Source: Spirochaetota bacterium
GTDB taxonomy: Bacteria; Spirochaetota; UBA4802; UBA5550
Assembly (NCBI GenBank): GCA_963664815.2
Contig: CAXXHB010000003.1
Span: forward strand, 2,912,001 to 2,976,000
DNA length: 64,000 nucleotides
Direction of reading: 5' to 3'
In this document: piece after piece, positions 20,043 to 29,400 of the stretch
Position numbering within the stretch: position 1 is the stretch's first letter
Layout: every line of letters starts with the position of its first letter
Made by a program: the position numbers and the translations under genes
The notes under the pieces: generated by a model
Database searches by the model: none
The model's input: the letters and a program-made list of their open reading frames with translations, nothing else
What the model was told of the DNA's origin: nothing

Positions 20043-21485
20043 ATGAGCGATAAATTCAGTATAGACGTTGATGAAGAAGACTTTTCAAAGCTTTTTGAGA
20101 AGTCACTGAAAGCAAGAGATGATTTCTCTGTTGGTGATAAAATAGAAGGAACAATAGTTTATACAGGTCCGGAAAATACTTTTTTAGATATATCCGGAAA
20201 AAGTGAAGCACTTATAGATACTGTTGAACTGAAAGATAAGAATGGTAATCTTATCTATAAAAAGGGAGATACAATACCCGTTTATATAATCTCTATCAAG
20301 AGGGGAGAAATTAAAGCCGGATTAAAAATCAGTTCAGGAGAAATCACTCCGGAACTTCTATTAACCGCATACAACAACAATATGCCTGTTGAAGGCCTGG
20401 TTTCGACTGAGGTTAAGGGTGGTTATAATATAACAATTTCCGGCTTCAGATGTTTCTGTCCGTACTCACAGATTGATCTGAAAGCTTCAGATGATAAATC
20501 AAAATACCTTGGCAAAACATTTACGTTCAAGATAATTGAATTCAAAGAAAATGGAAAAAACATTATTCTCTCCAGAAGAATTCTCCTTGAGGAGACAAAA
20601 AAAGAGAAAGAAACAACCCTTAAAAATAACCTTAAACCTGGTGGTGTCATCACCGGAACTGTAGCATCAAAACATGATTTTGGTATCTTCGTTGATCTTG
20701 ACGGAATACAAGGACTTATACCTAAATCTGAAATATCATGGGGCAGATCTATTGACACATCCGGCATTATTGAAGGGAATGAAATAACGGCTAAAATCAT
20801 CGGTGTAGACTGGAACAGCAATAAAATCACATTAAGCGTAAAACAACTGCTTGATGAACCATGGAACAATATCAAAAATTACAACGAAAACCAGGTAATA
20901 AACTGCAAAGTTGTAAATATAATTCCGCAGGGTGCATTCGTTGAAATCGAACCTGGCATTGAAGGATTCATTCATATTTCCAAAATGAGTCCCGTTAAAA
21001 GAATAAAAAAACCTGAAGATGCCGTTAAAAAAAATGACATAGTCAGTGCAATGATCATTTCTATAGATCGTGACAATAAAAAAATTTCAATGCAGCTTAT
21101 AACAGGTGAAACTGATCCATGGCAGTCACATTCAGACAATATTATGAATGAAACACAGAAAGGTACAGTTGAAAACGTTAACAATAGCGGTGTCACATTA
21201 AGACTTGAAAATGGCATGCTGGGATTTATTCCTAAAAACGAGCTTCTGTCCGCTAATGATATACAGAAGAACTATACGGCTGGAAAAGAATTATCAGTGA
21301 CAATAAAAGATATTCAGAGTGCCACCCGCAAACTGATATTAAGTGAAAGCGGTGCGCGGAAAAAAGAAGAGATGAATGATTATAATTCATTTCTGAAAAA
21401 CAGTAATGATGCATCTTCATCAAGCCTGGGAAACCTGTTGAAAGATAAATTTGAAAACATTAAAAAACAAGTTAAAGACAAATGA
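20043..21485 (+). CDS. multi-S1-domain RNA-binding protein (ribosomal protein bS1-like)
   Basis: about five S1 repeats (FCPYSQID, FGIFVDL.GIQGLIPKSEISW, GAFVEIEPGIEGFIHIS). Confidence 0.9.
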   Translation: MSDKFSIDVDEEDFSKLFEKSLKARDDFSVGDKIEGTIVYTGPENTFLDISGKSEALIDTVELKDKNGNLIYKKGDTIPVYIISIKRGEIKAGLKISSGEITPELLLTAYNNNMPVEGLVSTEVKGGYNITISGFRCFCPYSQIDLKASDDKSKYLGKTFTFKIIEFKENGKNIILSRRILLEETKKEKETTLKNNLKPGGVITGTVASKHDFGIFVDLDGIQGLIPKSEISWGRSIDTSGIIEGNEITAKIIGVDWNSNKITLSVKQLLDEPWNNIKNYNENQVINCKVVNIIPQGAFVEIEPGIEGFIHISKMSPVKRIKKPEDAVKKNDIVSAMIISIDRDNKKISMQLITGETDPWQSHSDNIMNETQKGTVENVNNSGVTLRLENGMLGFIPKNELLSANDIQKNYTAGKELSVTIKDIQSATRKLILSESGARKKEEMNDYNSFLKNSNDASSSSLGNLLKDKFENIKKQVKDK

Positions 21486-21841
21486 TCAGACTTATAAATG
21501 GATTCGAGGTTAAATACAATGAAGATTTTGATAAATTTTTCCAGAGTCTGCTTGAAGCAATAATTCATGAATCTAAAAGAAACTCAATCTTGAAAAAATC
21601 CGATCCTGAAGAAATAAAAAATGAAAAAGAGTTATTTCTTCAGGAAATAATGGATAACTGTATATATGTTACACATCAATTATTCACACTCTATAATACC
21701 AACGAAAAATTTACAAAATTTATTATGACTGGATTTATTTTTAATAGCATCATACTGTCACTGGCTAATTTCAGCGATGTTTCAGATCCGGGGAAAAATA
21801 ATAAACAAGCAGATGATGATGGAAAGGACACCGTTCACTGA
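21482..21841 (+). CDS. hypothetical protein
   Basis: ATGA overlap with the S1 gene stop; 119 aa. Confidence 0.7.
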   Translation: MIRLINGFEVKYNEDFDKFFQSLLEAIIHESKRNSILKKSDPEEIKNEKELFLQEIMDNCIYVTHQLFTLYNTNEKFTKFIMTGFIFNSIILSLANFSDVSDPGKNNKQADDDGKDTVH

Positions 21842-21858
21842 TGTTCTGCATACAACTG

Positions 21859-22779
21859 TCACAGATAAGAAAGAAGTTTATTCAATTTATCAACATTTAA
21901 CTTTGATATTTTTTTAATCTGTAGAGAACAATCTGTTCTTTTATCAACATCAAGTCTTATCGTTACAGTTCCCCTGTCAAAATATTCAGGAAATTCTATC
22001 ATCAGCCCGGTTTCATTCAATTCATTTATAATTTCATCAGATTCAATCTTCCGTTTGGAGTATTCAGGAAATCTTGCTCTATAAACTGCATCATATAAAG
22101 ATTTATCATCGCTAAATGAAATCGATTCAATAATTGTGACATCATCACCTCTACGGTAAATATCGAAAAGATGCTCTATCAGCATCCTGAATATATTTAT
22201 CCTCACCTGCGATTTATTTATCCAATTATCAATAACAGAAATCCATTTGACAGGAAGAAGCGAAATGTCTTTTATTATTTTAAAACTTATATCTTTTTCA
22301 TCCAGATAATTCAGCAGACTTTCAGGAAATTCAAGAGTCTTTTTTACCAGCTTATCATCTTTTAAAAACCCGTAAGGAAGCTTGAGAACTTTTATGCAAA
22401 ATTCATATCTTACATTTTCTTCGAGATTAAAGCATGAAGAAAGAAGAGAGAATACTTTAAGCCTGCCCGAAGGTCCCAGTTCATTTCTATACATTTTCAA
22501 CGAAACATTTTTTATGAACATATTCAAATCCGGTTTCTCCAGTATAAAACAGTTTACTGATGAAATTCCTGTTTCTCGCAGTATTTCTATTCTGTTATGA
22601 CAGGTAAGAGGGGTGTAACCAGATTTACTTTTAATAACATATGGATATTCCAGCATTCCTGAGTTTTTTAGCGAAACAGTAAGCGTTACCGGATAATTTT
22701 TTCTGCTCACTTTAAAAAAATCATTTGATGATATATCTGTTATATTCACTTCAGCGATGACAGCATATGTTCCATTCAT
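21859..22779 (-). CDS. ParB/Srx N-terminal-like domain protein (degenerate)
   Basis: SLKNSGMLEYPYV....YTPLTCHNRIEIL...G...V resembles the ParB-N S....G.L.P..V....Y.I..G.RR pattern. Confidence 0.55.
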   Translation of the reverse strand: MNGTYAVIAEVNITDISSNDFFKVSRKNYPVTLTVSLKNSGMLEYPYVIKSKSGYTPLTCHNRIEILRETGISSVNCFILEKPDLNMFIKNVSLKMYRNELGPSGRLKVFSLLSSCFNLEENVRYEFCIKVLKLPYGFLKDDKLVKKTLEFPESLLNYLDEKDISFKIIKDISLLPVKWISVIDNWINKSQVRINIFRMLIEHLFDIYRRGDDVTIIESISFSDDKSLYDAVYRARFPEYSKRKIESDEIINELNETGLMIEFPEYFDRGTVTIRLDVDKRTDCSLQIKKISKLNVDKLNKLLSYL

Positions 22780-22782
22780 TTT

Positions 22783-24354
22783 TTAAACCAGACCTTTCAG
22801 CAGGACTGATAATTCTTCCGGAAATACAACAGTAACCTTATCAAGACTTTTCAACGCGCTCTCACCGGCAGGTGACAAAGGTGCAGTAGTAATAAAGTAC
22901 CCCTGCTTGGCTTTAAAATCGTTAATTGCCTGAGCAAAATTACGAAGTGGAATCTCACCGATATTAGCCCCCTTCCACCTTCTGACCCATACAAGGGTTT
23001 TAGTCTTTCCCTCTTTCTGAGTAGCCATAAAATCAACACCGTCAGACTCTCTGTATGTAGTCATAATCTCATCAATAATCAATCCCAATTTTTCACAAAC
23101 CCTGTATGATATACTTCTGAAATTCTCAGTATCGAGCTTTATTAATTCATCAATTGTAGCAGCTGATTCTTTTATCAGACCCGGATCTTCCATACTTCTT
23201 TTCTCCTTTGATCCTGAAGGCCTGAATGAAGAAATTATACTCTGAATATCCAGCTCCTGTTCACTTTTCAAACCGCAGATACTCCATAAAAAATTATCGG
23301 CAAATGCCCTCTCCTTCCAAGGTTCTGCCTCATTGATTAAAGGTTTGGAATCGTCCGGTTTTGCACCTGGCTTTATATCCATCTCTTTTCTGAGCCTTGT
23401 TATCAGATCAAGTACATTTCTGAAATTTCTTTCCATCTGATAGAGCTGATTCCATGTGGCATATGCCTCTTCCTTTCTGTCATCTACAAGATTGGCAAAA
23501 CCGAAATCATACATAGCAATCTTAAGTTCTTCATTCATATCATTTTTAATACAAAATTCTTTTAGTTCATCATACAGCTTAATGGCCATAGCATATTTTT
23601 TAAGCTCAATATATAAAAAGGCGAGCAATCTTTTTGCGATAAAAAGTGCATTTTCATCGGTTGATTTCTCAACAATATTTTTAGCGTACTCAACCGCTGA
23701 TTTATAATCCTTTTTTTTATATAAAGCAAACGCCATTGCCATATTAGCGATATCTGAATCGGGTTGAACTGACAATGATTCCTTAAAAAGTGTTATAGAT
23801 TCTGATGTCCTCTGACTTTGTAGAGCTGCAATGCCTGCACCGAATAAAACTTCAAAGTTTTTCCTTTTAAGTCTTGATAATGTATCAAGATACCTGAAAG
23901 CTGTTTCAAAGACCTCCTGTCCAAGTGAAATAAAACCAACATGATAAAGTGCTTCTACATCACTTGGGTACTCCCTCAGCAGTTCATAAAATTTTTCAAA
24001 AGCTTTCAGTTTTTCGCCTCTTTTAAGATAAAGATCCGCAAGGAGCTTATATATATCTTCTTTTTCCACATCGGCGTTATAACGATTAATATCAGTAATC
24101 GCCTCCAGATGGTTTATTGCCAGATCAATTTTCTCCTGATTTAGATACAGGCCGGCAAGCCTCCAGTGAATTGGAACTTCCTTGGGACGATTTTCAAGGA
24201 CTTTTTTAAATTCAACGATTGCTTCATCAATGCGGTTTTCATTCAGAAGAATTTCAGCTTTATTCTTCGGATTAAACTTAGGTGCAAGATAATAAAGATA
24301 AAAAACTATTGCACCCAGAATAATAATCGCCGTTACAAGAAATGGAACAAGCAT
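22783..24354 (-). CDS. membrane-anchored TPR protein with C-terminal Mrr-like (restriction endonuclease fold) domain
   Basis: N-terminal TM, TPR array, then SDGVDFMA...LVWVRRW...IGEIPLRNF...AKQGYFITT. Confidence 0.75.
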   Translation of the reverse strand: MLVPFLVTAIIILGAIVFYLYYLAPKFNPKNKAEILLNENRIDEAIVEFKKVLENRPKEVPIHWRLAGLYLNQEKIDLAINHLEAITDINRYNADVEKEDIYKLLADLYLKRGEKLKAFEKFYELLREYPSDVEALYHVGFISLGQEVFETAFRYLDTLSRLKRKNFEVLFGAGIAALQSQRTSESITLFKESLSVQPDSDIANMAMAFALYKKKDYKSAVEYAKNIVEKSTDENALFIAKRLLAFLYIELKKYAMAIKLYDELKEFCIKNDMNEELKIAMYDFGFANLVDDRKEEAYATWNQLYQMERNFRNVLDLITRLRKEMDIKPGAKPDDSKPLINEAEPWKERAFADNFLWSICGLKSEQELDIQSIISSFRPSGSKEKRSMEDPGLIKESAATIDELIKLDTENFRSISYRVCEKLGLIIDEIMTTYRESDGVDFMATQKEGKTKTLVWVRRWKGANIGEIPLRNFAQAINDFKAKQGYFITTAPLSPAGESALKSLDKVTVVFPEELSVLLKGLV

Positions 24355-24436
24355 AGCTCTCTCAATGATAAGATTTTACGTCATATTTATAATCGGCATA
24401 TGAAGCTATTAAATCAATAATTCTTTAAGTGTGGGA

Positions 24437-26656
24437 TTAAATTACAACCGATAGTGATTCATTTTTTTTAACAAGAGAAAATCTTATGACTGATGGCCAG
24501 CCGTTTATTATATAACTATTACCGACTTTTCTTTTCAAAATAAAATCATCAGATTCGATTATTGAAGTTTCTACGGGAAGATTTATCATTATATCCGACG
24601 GTATAAATTTTGGAAGGCCGATAAAGCTGAATTTTATTTCTTCACTTGATGTTTCTGACATAAAAGATATTTTACCATATCTTGTTAAAGCATTATCAAC
24701 CTTAATCCTCTTGCCATTATCAAACCAGTGCTTTTCCGGCATAGTAAATATTTCAAGTCTGTCCGCCCTATCAAGAAAAAGTCTATTCCTGATAATTACA
24801 AAGATAAGAGATGAAATAGCTTTTGAATTCCCGTTACCCCATACCCCTCTTTTCAATAAAGGATCTATAAATTCGGGAAGAGTAAAGAAATCATCCATCA
24901 TGGAAAAAAACATGTTATAAAAAGAGTAAAATCTTGTATCTTTAATTAATATCAGATGTATCAAAACTAATGCACTTGAGAAAAGATCAATACCTTTATG
25001 CCGATCAAACAGTGGATAATTTGCCTCTTCGGTCAAACTTGAAAAAAAATCCAGATAATCATTCTCTTTATAACAGGTAAGGATGCTATCCGGAAAAGAT
25101 ATTAAAGAATAAAAATGTGCGAAATCATTTAAAGAAGTCTGCCTTTTCTTCTCTAAACTATTCCTGATAATTGACTGTATACGGTCGGCTTCATTTTTAT
25201 ACTTTACTTCATCGCCGAAAATACCCATAGATCTTGACAAATAGGATATATTCATAACAGCCGATAGCATAATTACAAAATCACTCCAAGTAGCTTCTTT
25301 TATATAATTATCATCCCCGGTACTACCCGGAAGCTGATCTAAAGAATGCACCTCTGTTGAATAATTATAAATGTAATCCCCCAGTTTACGTATTACAGGA
25401 AAATAACTTTGCAGGAAATCTGTTTCCCGTTTATGAATATAGCATTCGTAGAAAGCATTAAGAAGATATGAAGCATTTATAACAGAGCTATACTCCGGGG
25501 ACTTTACATTATATTTAAACTTTTCAAGCAACATATTTACAATCTTTTCAGATTCCTGCTCCAGGCCAGCCCTGTTTATTGCATAACTAAAATAGTACAG
25601 ATTCCTGTATCCATCTGTTTTTCCCGGATTAAAATCATTGGAATTGTTATTTAAAAGTGTCAGTTTAGACTGACGAAAATATCTGGTTATATTTTCATCA
25701 GAAATTTCTATTTTTAAACCTTCATTCATCCTCATTTCAGAGAAAGATTGAAATTCTTTGAACGATCCTGTAAAATCGATTTTCTGAAATGGTAATGACA
25801 TCTTTTTATCAAGAGAAATTCTTAAATTTAAAATATTTTCCCCTTTTTTTAATTTGAATCCGGAAGCCATAGTTGCCATGCCATGTATACAATCAACTGA
25901 TTCAATATAACCTGTCGATAAACAATTCACATCGCCATTATTACCCGATCCGATCTGTATGAAATCAGGTTTTCTATCAAAGGCAACACGGTTTTTATCA
26001 TTTATTTTCAACATATATCCGGCAGGATCATAACTGATGCTGTTTAAACCACCAATAGCACAACAGTTATATGGTCTTATTACAGCAAATAGTATATCAT
26101 CAGCATAAGCAGTATTAAGCTCAAAAGAAACAAGTGCTTCATCAACGCTTGATTTCCCACCAGCTATTCTCTCACAAAACTGAGCAGCACCGTAATTACC
26201 GGTAATAATTATTTCACCTGTTATAGAATCTCTCACCGGTGTTATCCGGCTGCAGTTTTTTTGAGGATAATGGATTGTATTATTATTACTATACCAGAAC
26301 TCAACAGACCATGGGAAATCACCAGGCCCGGCAATCATGCCACATCTATCTATATGAATTTCATCTTGGGATAAATAATTTGTAAAAGTCTGCCATTCGC
26401 GAAAGTTAGTATTTAAAAGAAGAGGATTTGGTGTAGAACGATAATTCTGAGAATAAAAATCCCCTGCTTCAGATAACCATAAAGGCCAGGAAAAATTCTT
26501 AAATTTTTGAATTGCAATCCTGTTTCCAATTCCGAGAGATATATCTTTTAATAAAATCTCTTCCTTTGCAGGATCGATATAATCTTTATAAATTGTAAAA
26601 AGATTACTGAAAAAACTTCCCTGTTTTTTTTTACTCTCTCTTATCTTCAATATCAA
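24437..26656 (-). CDS. hypothetical protein, six-hairpin glycosidase-like architecture
   Basis: beta-rich N-terminus, helical core (FLQSYFPVIRKLGDYI, YKNEADRI, LPEFIDP) and a C-terminal module (PEKHWF..G..I.V.NALTRYGKISF) typical of inverting glycosidase/phosphorylase families. Confidence 0.5.
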   Translation of the reverse strand: MILKIRESKKKQGSFFSNLFTIYKDYIDPAKEEILLKDISLGIGNRIAIQKFKNFSWPLWLSEAGDFYSQNYRSTPNPLLLNTNFREWQTFTNYLSQDEIHIDRCGMIAGPGDFPWSVEFWYSNNNTIHYPQKNCSRITPVRDSITGEIIITGNYGAAQFCERIAGGKSSVDEALVSFELNTAYADDILFAVIRPYNCCAIGGLNSISYDPAGYMLKINDKNRVAFDRKPDFIQIGSGNNGDVNCLSTGYIESVDCIHGMATMASGFKLKKGENILNLRISLDKKMSLPFQKIDFTGSFKEFQSFSEMRMNEGLKIEISDENITRYFRQSKLTLLNNNSNDFNPGKTDGYRNLYYFSYAINRAGLEQESEKIVNMLLEKFKYNVKSPEYSSVINASYLLNAFYECYIHKRETDFLQSYFPVIRKLGDYIYNYSTEVHSLDQLPGSTGDDNYIKEATWSDFVIMLSAVMNISYLSRSMGIFGDEVKYKNEADRIQSIIRNSLEKKRQTSLNDFAHFYSLISFPDSILTCYKENDYLDFFSSLTEEANYPLFDRHKGIDLFSSALVLIHLILIKDTRFYSFYNMFFSMMDDFFTLPEFIDPLLKRGVWGNGNSKAISSLIFVIIRNRLFLDRADRLEIFTMPEKHWFDNGKRIKVDNALTRYGKISFMSETSSEEIKFSFIGLPKFIPSDIMINLPVETSIIESDDFILKRKVGNSYIINGWPSVIRFSLVKKNESLSVVI

Positions 26657-26663
26657 CCACAGG

Positions 26664-27008
26664 CTATGCTTTTTTCAGAAAATCAAGAGCCTCATTTTCA
26701 GAATTAAAAATATCAAACATATCAGTCAGCTCTACAACCTCAAATATTTTCTTAACTGCATTATTCATGTTGCACAGCACAAGTTTTCGTTTACTTTCTT
26801 TCAGAATTCTCATAGTTGAAACAAAGATTCTAAGACCTGAACTGCTCATATACTCTACATCTTTTAAGTTAAGAACAAAATTACTTGTCGGTTCTGCTGC
26901 GATCAGCTTATTGATTTCTTTTTCAATATCTGCTGAAAGATGAACATCCAGTCTGCCCTCTAAATATATAGTAATTTCATTTCCTGTCTTTTTTAGATTA
27001 AGATCCAT
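26664..27008 (-). CDS. STAS-domain anti-sigma factor antagonist
   Basis: LEGRLD, VEYMSSSGL phosphoacceptor motif and VKKIFEVVEL. Confidence 0.92.
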   Translation of the reverse strand: MDLNLKKTGNEITIYLEGRLDVHLSADIEKEINKLIAAEPTSNFVLNLKDVEYMSSSGLRIFVSTMRILKESKRKLVLCNMNNAVKKIFEVVELTDMFDIFNSENEALDFLKKA

Positions 27009-27043
27009 TTTCCACTCCAGTTCATTTTTTATTGATATGATAC

Positions 27044-27072
27044 AGTATATATATAAAGTTAATAATAATCAA
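27044..27072 (-). promoter_or_regulatory. internal sigma70-like promoter before the STAS gene
   Basis: TTGATT-17 nt-TATACT on the minus strand. Confidence 0.6.
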
Positions 27073-27083
27073 TTAAAAAAAAT

Positions 27084-27566
27084 TTATTCTTTTCCATCTT
27101 TTGCATCTTTTCTTGTTATCATCAGGGTTGAGAAGACAAGAATAAATATCACTCCCAGAATAATTCCAAATATAACAATTGAAGTATGCATATAATCTCC
27201 CTGAATAGCATCATCCCTCTTTACCCCTATGAAAAGACCGTTTTTTAGAAGAATAAGTGAGGATATGAAAGGGAATATAACCCCGTTAAAATAAGCAATT
27301 CCCCTGTATTTCAAAGGATCAAACAGAGGCATTATCATAAGAAAACCTGAAGTTAAAAGCAGAACACCAAAAGCCCTTACTGTAAAATATAAAGGAGCAA
27401 CCAATTCATGATCTCTTACAAGATCAAACCAGTTCTCTGAAACATTATCAACAAAAAACTGGAAAATTGTAATAGGAGACAATATAAAGGCACACCCAAT
27501 GAGGATATAAATAATACCGGAAATCAAAACAGCAGCCTGAAAAGTGTTTGTTTTTGCTGATCTCAA
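27084..27566 (-). CDS. hypothetical 4-TM membrane protein
   Basis: four hydrophobic segments with a DPLKYR loop; TTG start with a GAGGGG RBS. Confidence 0.75.
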   Translation of the reverse strand: MRSAKTNTFQAAVLISGIIYILIGCAFILSPITIFQFFVDNVSENWFDLVRDHELVAPLYFTVRAFGVLLLTSGFLMIMPLFDPLKYRGIAYFNGVIFPFISSLILLKNGLFIGVKRDDAIQGDYMHTSIVIFGIILGVIFILVFSTLMITRKDAKDGKE

Positions 27567-27580
27567 ATTACCCCTCTCTA

Positions 27581-29395
27581 TTATATAATTCTTGCAATCA
27601 GTATTTGAGACAATTTCATTGTTTTTTCAGAAATTTTGTCAAACTTAAACTCATTTTCCGATACATCAAGTATTAATTTTTTGCCCTGATCCAGATATTC
27701 TGCCGGAGGTAATTTCTTCTTTTCAGATGACTCAAGATAACTTACAAAAAAGCTGCTATATTTATCATCAGTGAATGACAGATTTCCTTTATTATTTATT
27801 GTGATATTAAATATCTCTGAAACTTCAGTCCTGTGAAGGTGAGAAGGGAGTACAAATTCATCCGGAAAACCTGATGAACAGTTTTTATCAGCAATAACAA
27901 CCGGTTCAAATAACGGTTCGGAAATAAGGCTAGCGGCCATTAAACGGCTTAGCGATCCTGTACTGAAAATTCTTTGTTCTCCACCGGAATTAATATAGGC
28001 AAGAGGAAGAGAATTAAACATTTCAACCCTTTTTGAACCTGCCAGTTCAGCCGCATATTTTAGTATTTTCCCTGATTTAAAAAGAAAATTTTCCGGAAAA
28101 GTAACTTCATAAATTTTGTTGAATTGTTCCGGTGAAAAAAATTTTTTCAGATTATCTTTGAGTAAATCATGATCATCATAAAGAAGAAGCAAACAGGATA
28201 AAAAATAACTATATGATGAAGAATAGATATAATCGAATACTTTTTCGCATCTGTTCAATTCAAGAAAAACAGAGCCGAGAATTATTGACTCAATCCGGGC
28301 TGACTGAATAACAAGAGCCCTGTTGTCTGTAGTTACCGCTTTAGTATATTTATCAAGATTTCCACTGGATATAAAACTCTCCAGCATATCAATTTCAGCT
28401 CCATCGTAAAATCCTTCGCATCTTTCCAGAATTAATCCCCCGTAAAATGGACCTTTATCGGACGAAAAATTATTGTTTCTTACATAAAATACTCTCTGCC
28501 CTTCTTTTAGCTGTTCATCAAAGACCGGCTGCATTTCCTCCATATCTTTTTTTGAATTAACCAGTGCAAATACAAAATCTGTCATATCAAAAACTTTATT
28601 TCGTAATTCTTCATCGCTGTCTGACAAATCAGCAATAATATATTTATAATCTCTCGATAAAGCAAATAACAGCGGACCCAGAATTGCTGCCTCAACCTTG
28701 ACTCTGGCTGAAAAAGAAATATTAAGAATGTGAAGGTTTTCAGTAACTTTTACAATTCTGTCATTTAAAAGAGATTCTGCCGATTTCTCTCCCTGATCCT
28801 TTTCGGAAAGAGGCACTGTCATCCTTTGCTTAAACACATCAAAGAGTGATCTGCCATTATATGATAAATCGAGGATAATTGTTTTTTCCACCGAGAGAGA
28901 TAATCCGAGCAATGATGAAAGCAGAGTTTTCCCTGTACCGGATTTCCTGCTATAAACAGTAATAACCTTACCCTTAAGATCAAAATATTTTCCCCCGGCA
29001 TCAGAAATATCAAAATTAAGGCTCTCTATAATCTTTATATACCCTCTAAGGGCTTTATGCGACATCAAAAAAAGTTTATAAAAATCATCCTCTCCGACTA
29101 CAAAAATCTGTGAATCGACTAAAGCTTTTACATTTCCTTTTTTTCTGTTCTCAATAAATGGCAAAAAGCCGAAGAATGATCCGGATGAAAGATATACTAT
29201 ATCTCTGTTTGCGATAGATTCTATTTCAAAAATTCCATCAATAACAATGTTTAATGAGTTTGTTTTCTTTATATCTACAACTTGCCCTTTCCTGACGGAT
29301 GTTAAACGCCCTGATTTGAAAAAGAACTCAGCTTCAGCATCATTTAAATGAAGCAGAAAAGGGATTGATCTCAGGAGATTTCTGATATGATCCAT
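27581..29395 (-). CDS. cNMP-binding + ParA/MinD-like P-loop + degenerate patatin-like fusion protein
   Basis: LLRSIPFL...LSSGSFFG (cNMP); KVITVYSRKSGTGKT, IILDL and YIIADL (MinD/CpaE-like); C-terminus follows patatin spacing without its catalytic motifs. Confidence 0.65.
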   Translation of the reverse strand: MDHIRNLLRSIPFLLHLNDAEAEFFFKSGRLTSVRKGQVVDIKKTNSLNIVIDGIFEIESIANRDIVYLSSGSFFGFLPFIENRKKGNVKALVDSQIFVVGEDDFYKLFLMSHKALRGYIKIIESLNFDISDAGGKYFDLKGKVITVYSRKSGTGKTLLSSLLGLSLSVEKTIILDLSYNGRSLFDVFKQRMTVPLSEKDQGEKSAESLLNDRIVKVTENLHILNISFSARVKVEAAILGPLLFALSRDYKYIIADLSDSDEELRNKVFDMTDFVFALVNSKKDMEEMQPVFDEQLKEGQRVFYVRNNNFSSDKGPFYGGLILERCEGFYDGAEIDMLESFISSGNLDKYTKAVTTDNRALVIQSARIESIILGSVFLELNRCEKVFDYIYSSSYSYFLSCLLLLYDDHDLLKDNLKKFFSPEQFNKIYEVTFPENFLFKSGKILKYAAELAGSKRVEMFNSLPLAYINSGGEQRIFSTGSLSRLMAASLISEPLFEPVVIADKNCSSGFPDEFVLPSHLHRTEVSEIFNITINNKGNLSFTDDKYSSFFVSYLESSEKKKLPPAEYLDQGKKLILDVSENEFKFDKISEKTMKLSQILIARII

Positions 29396-29400
29396 GACAG

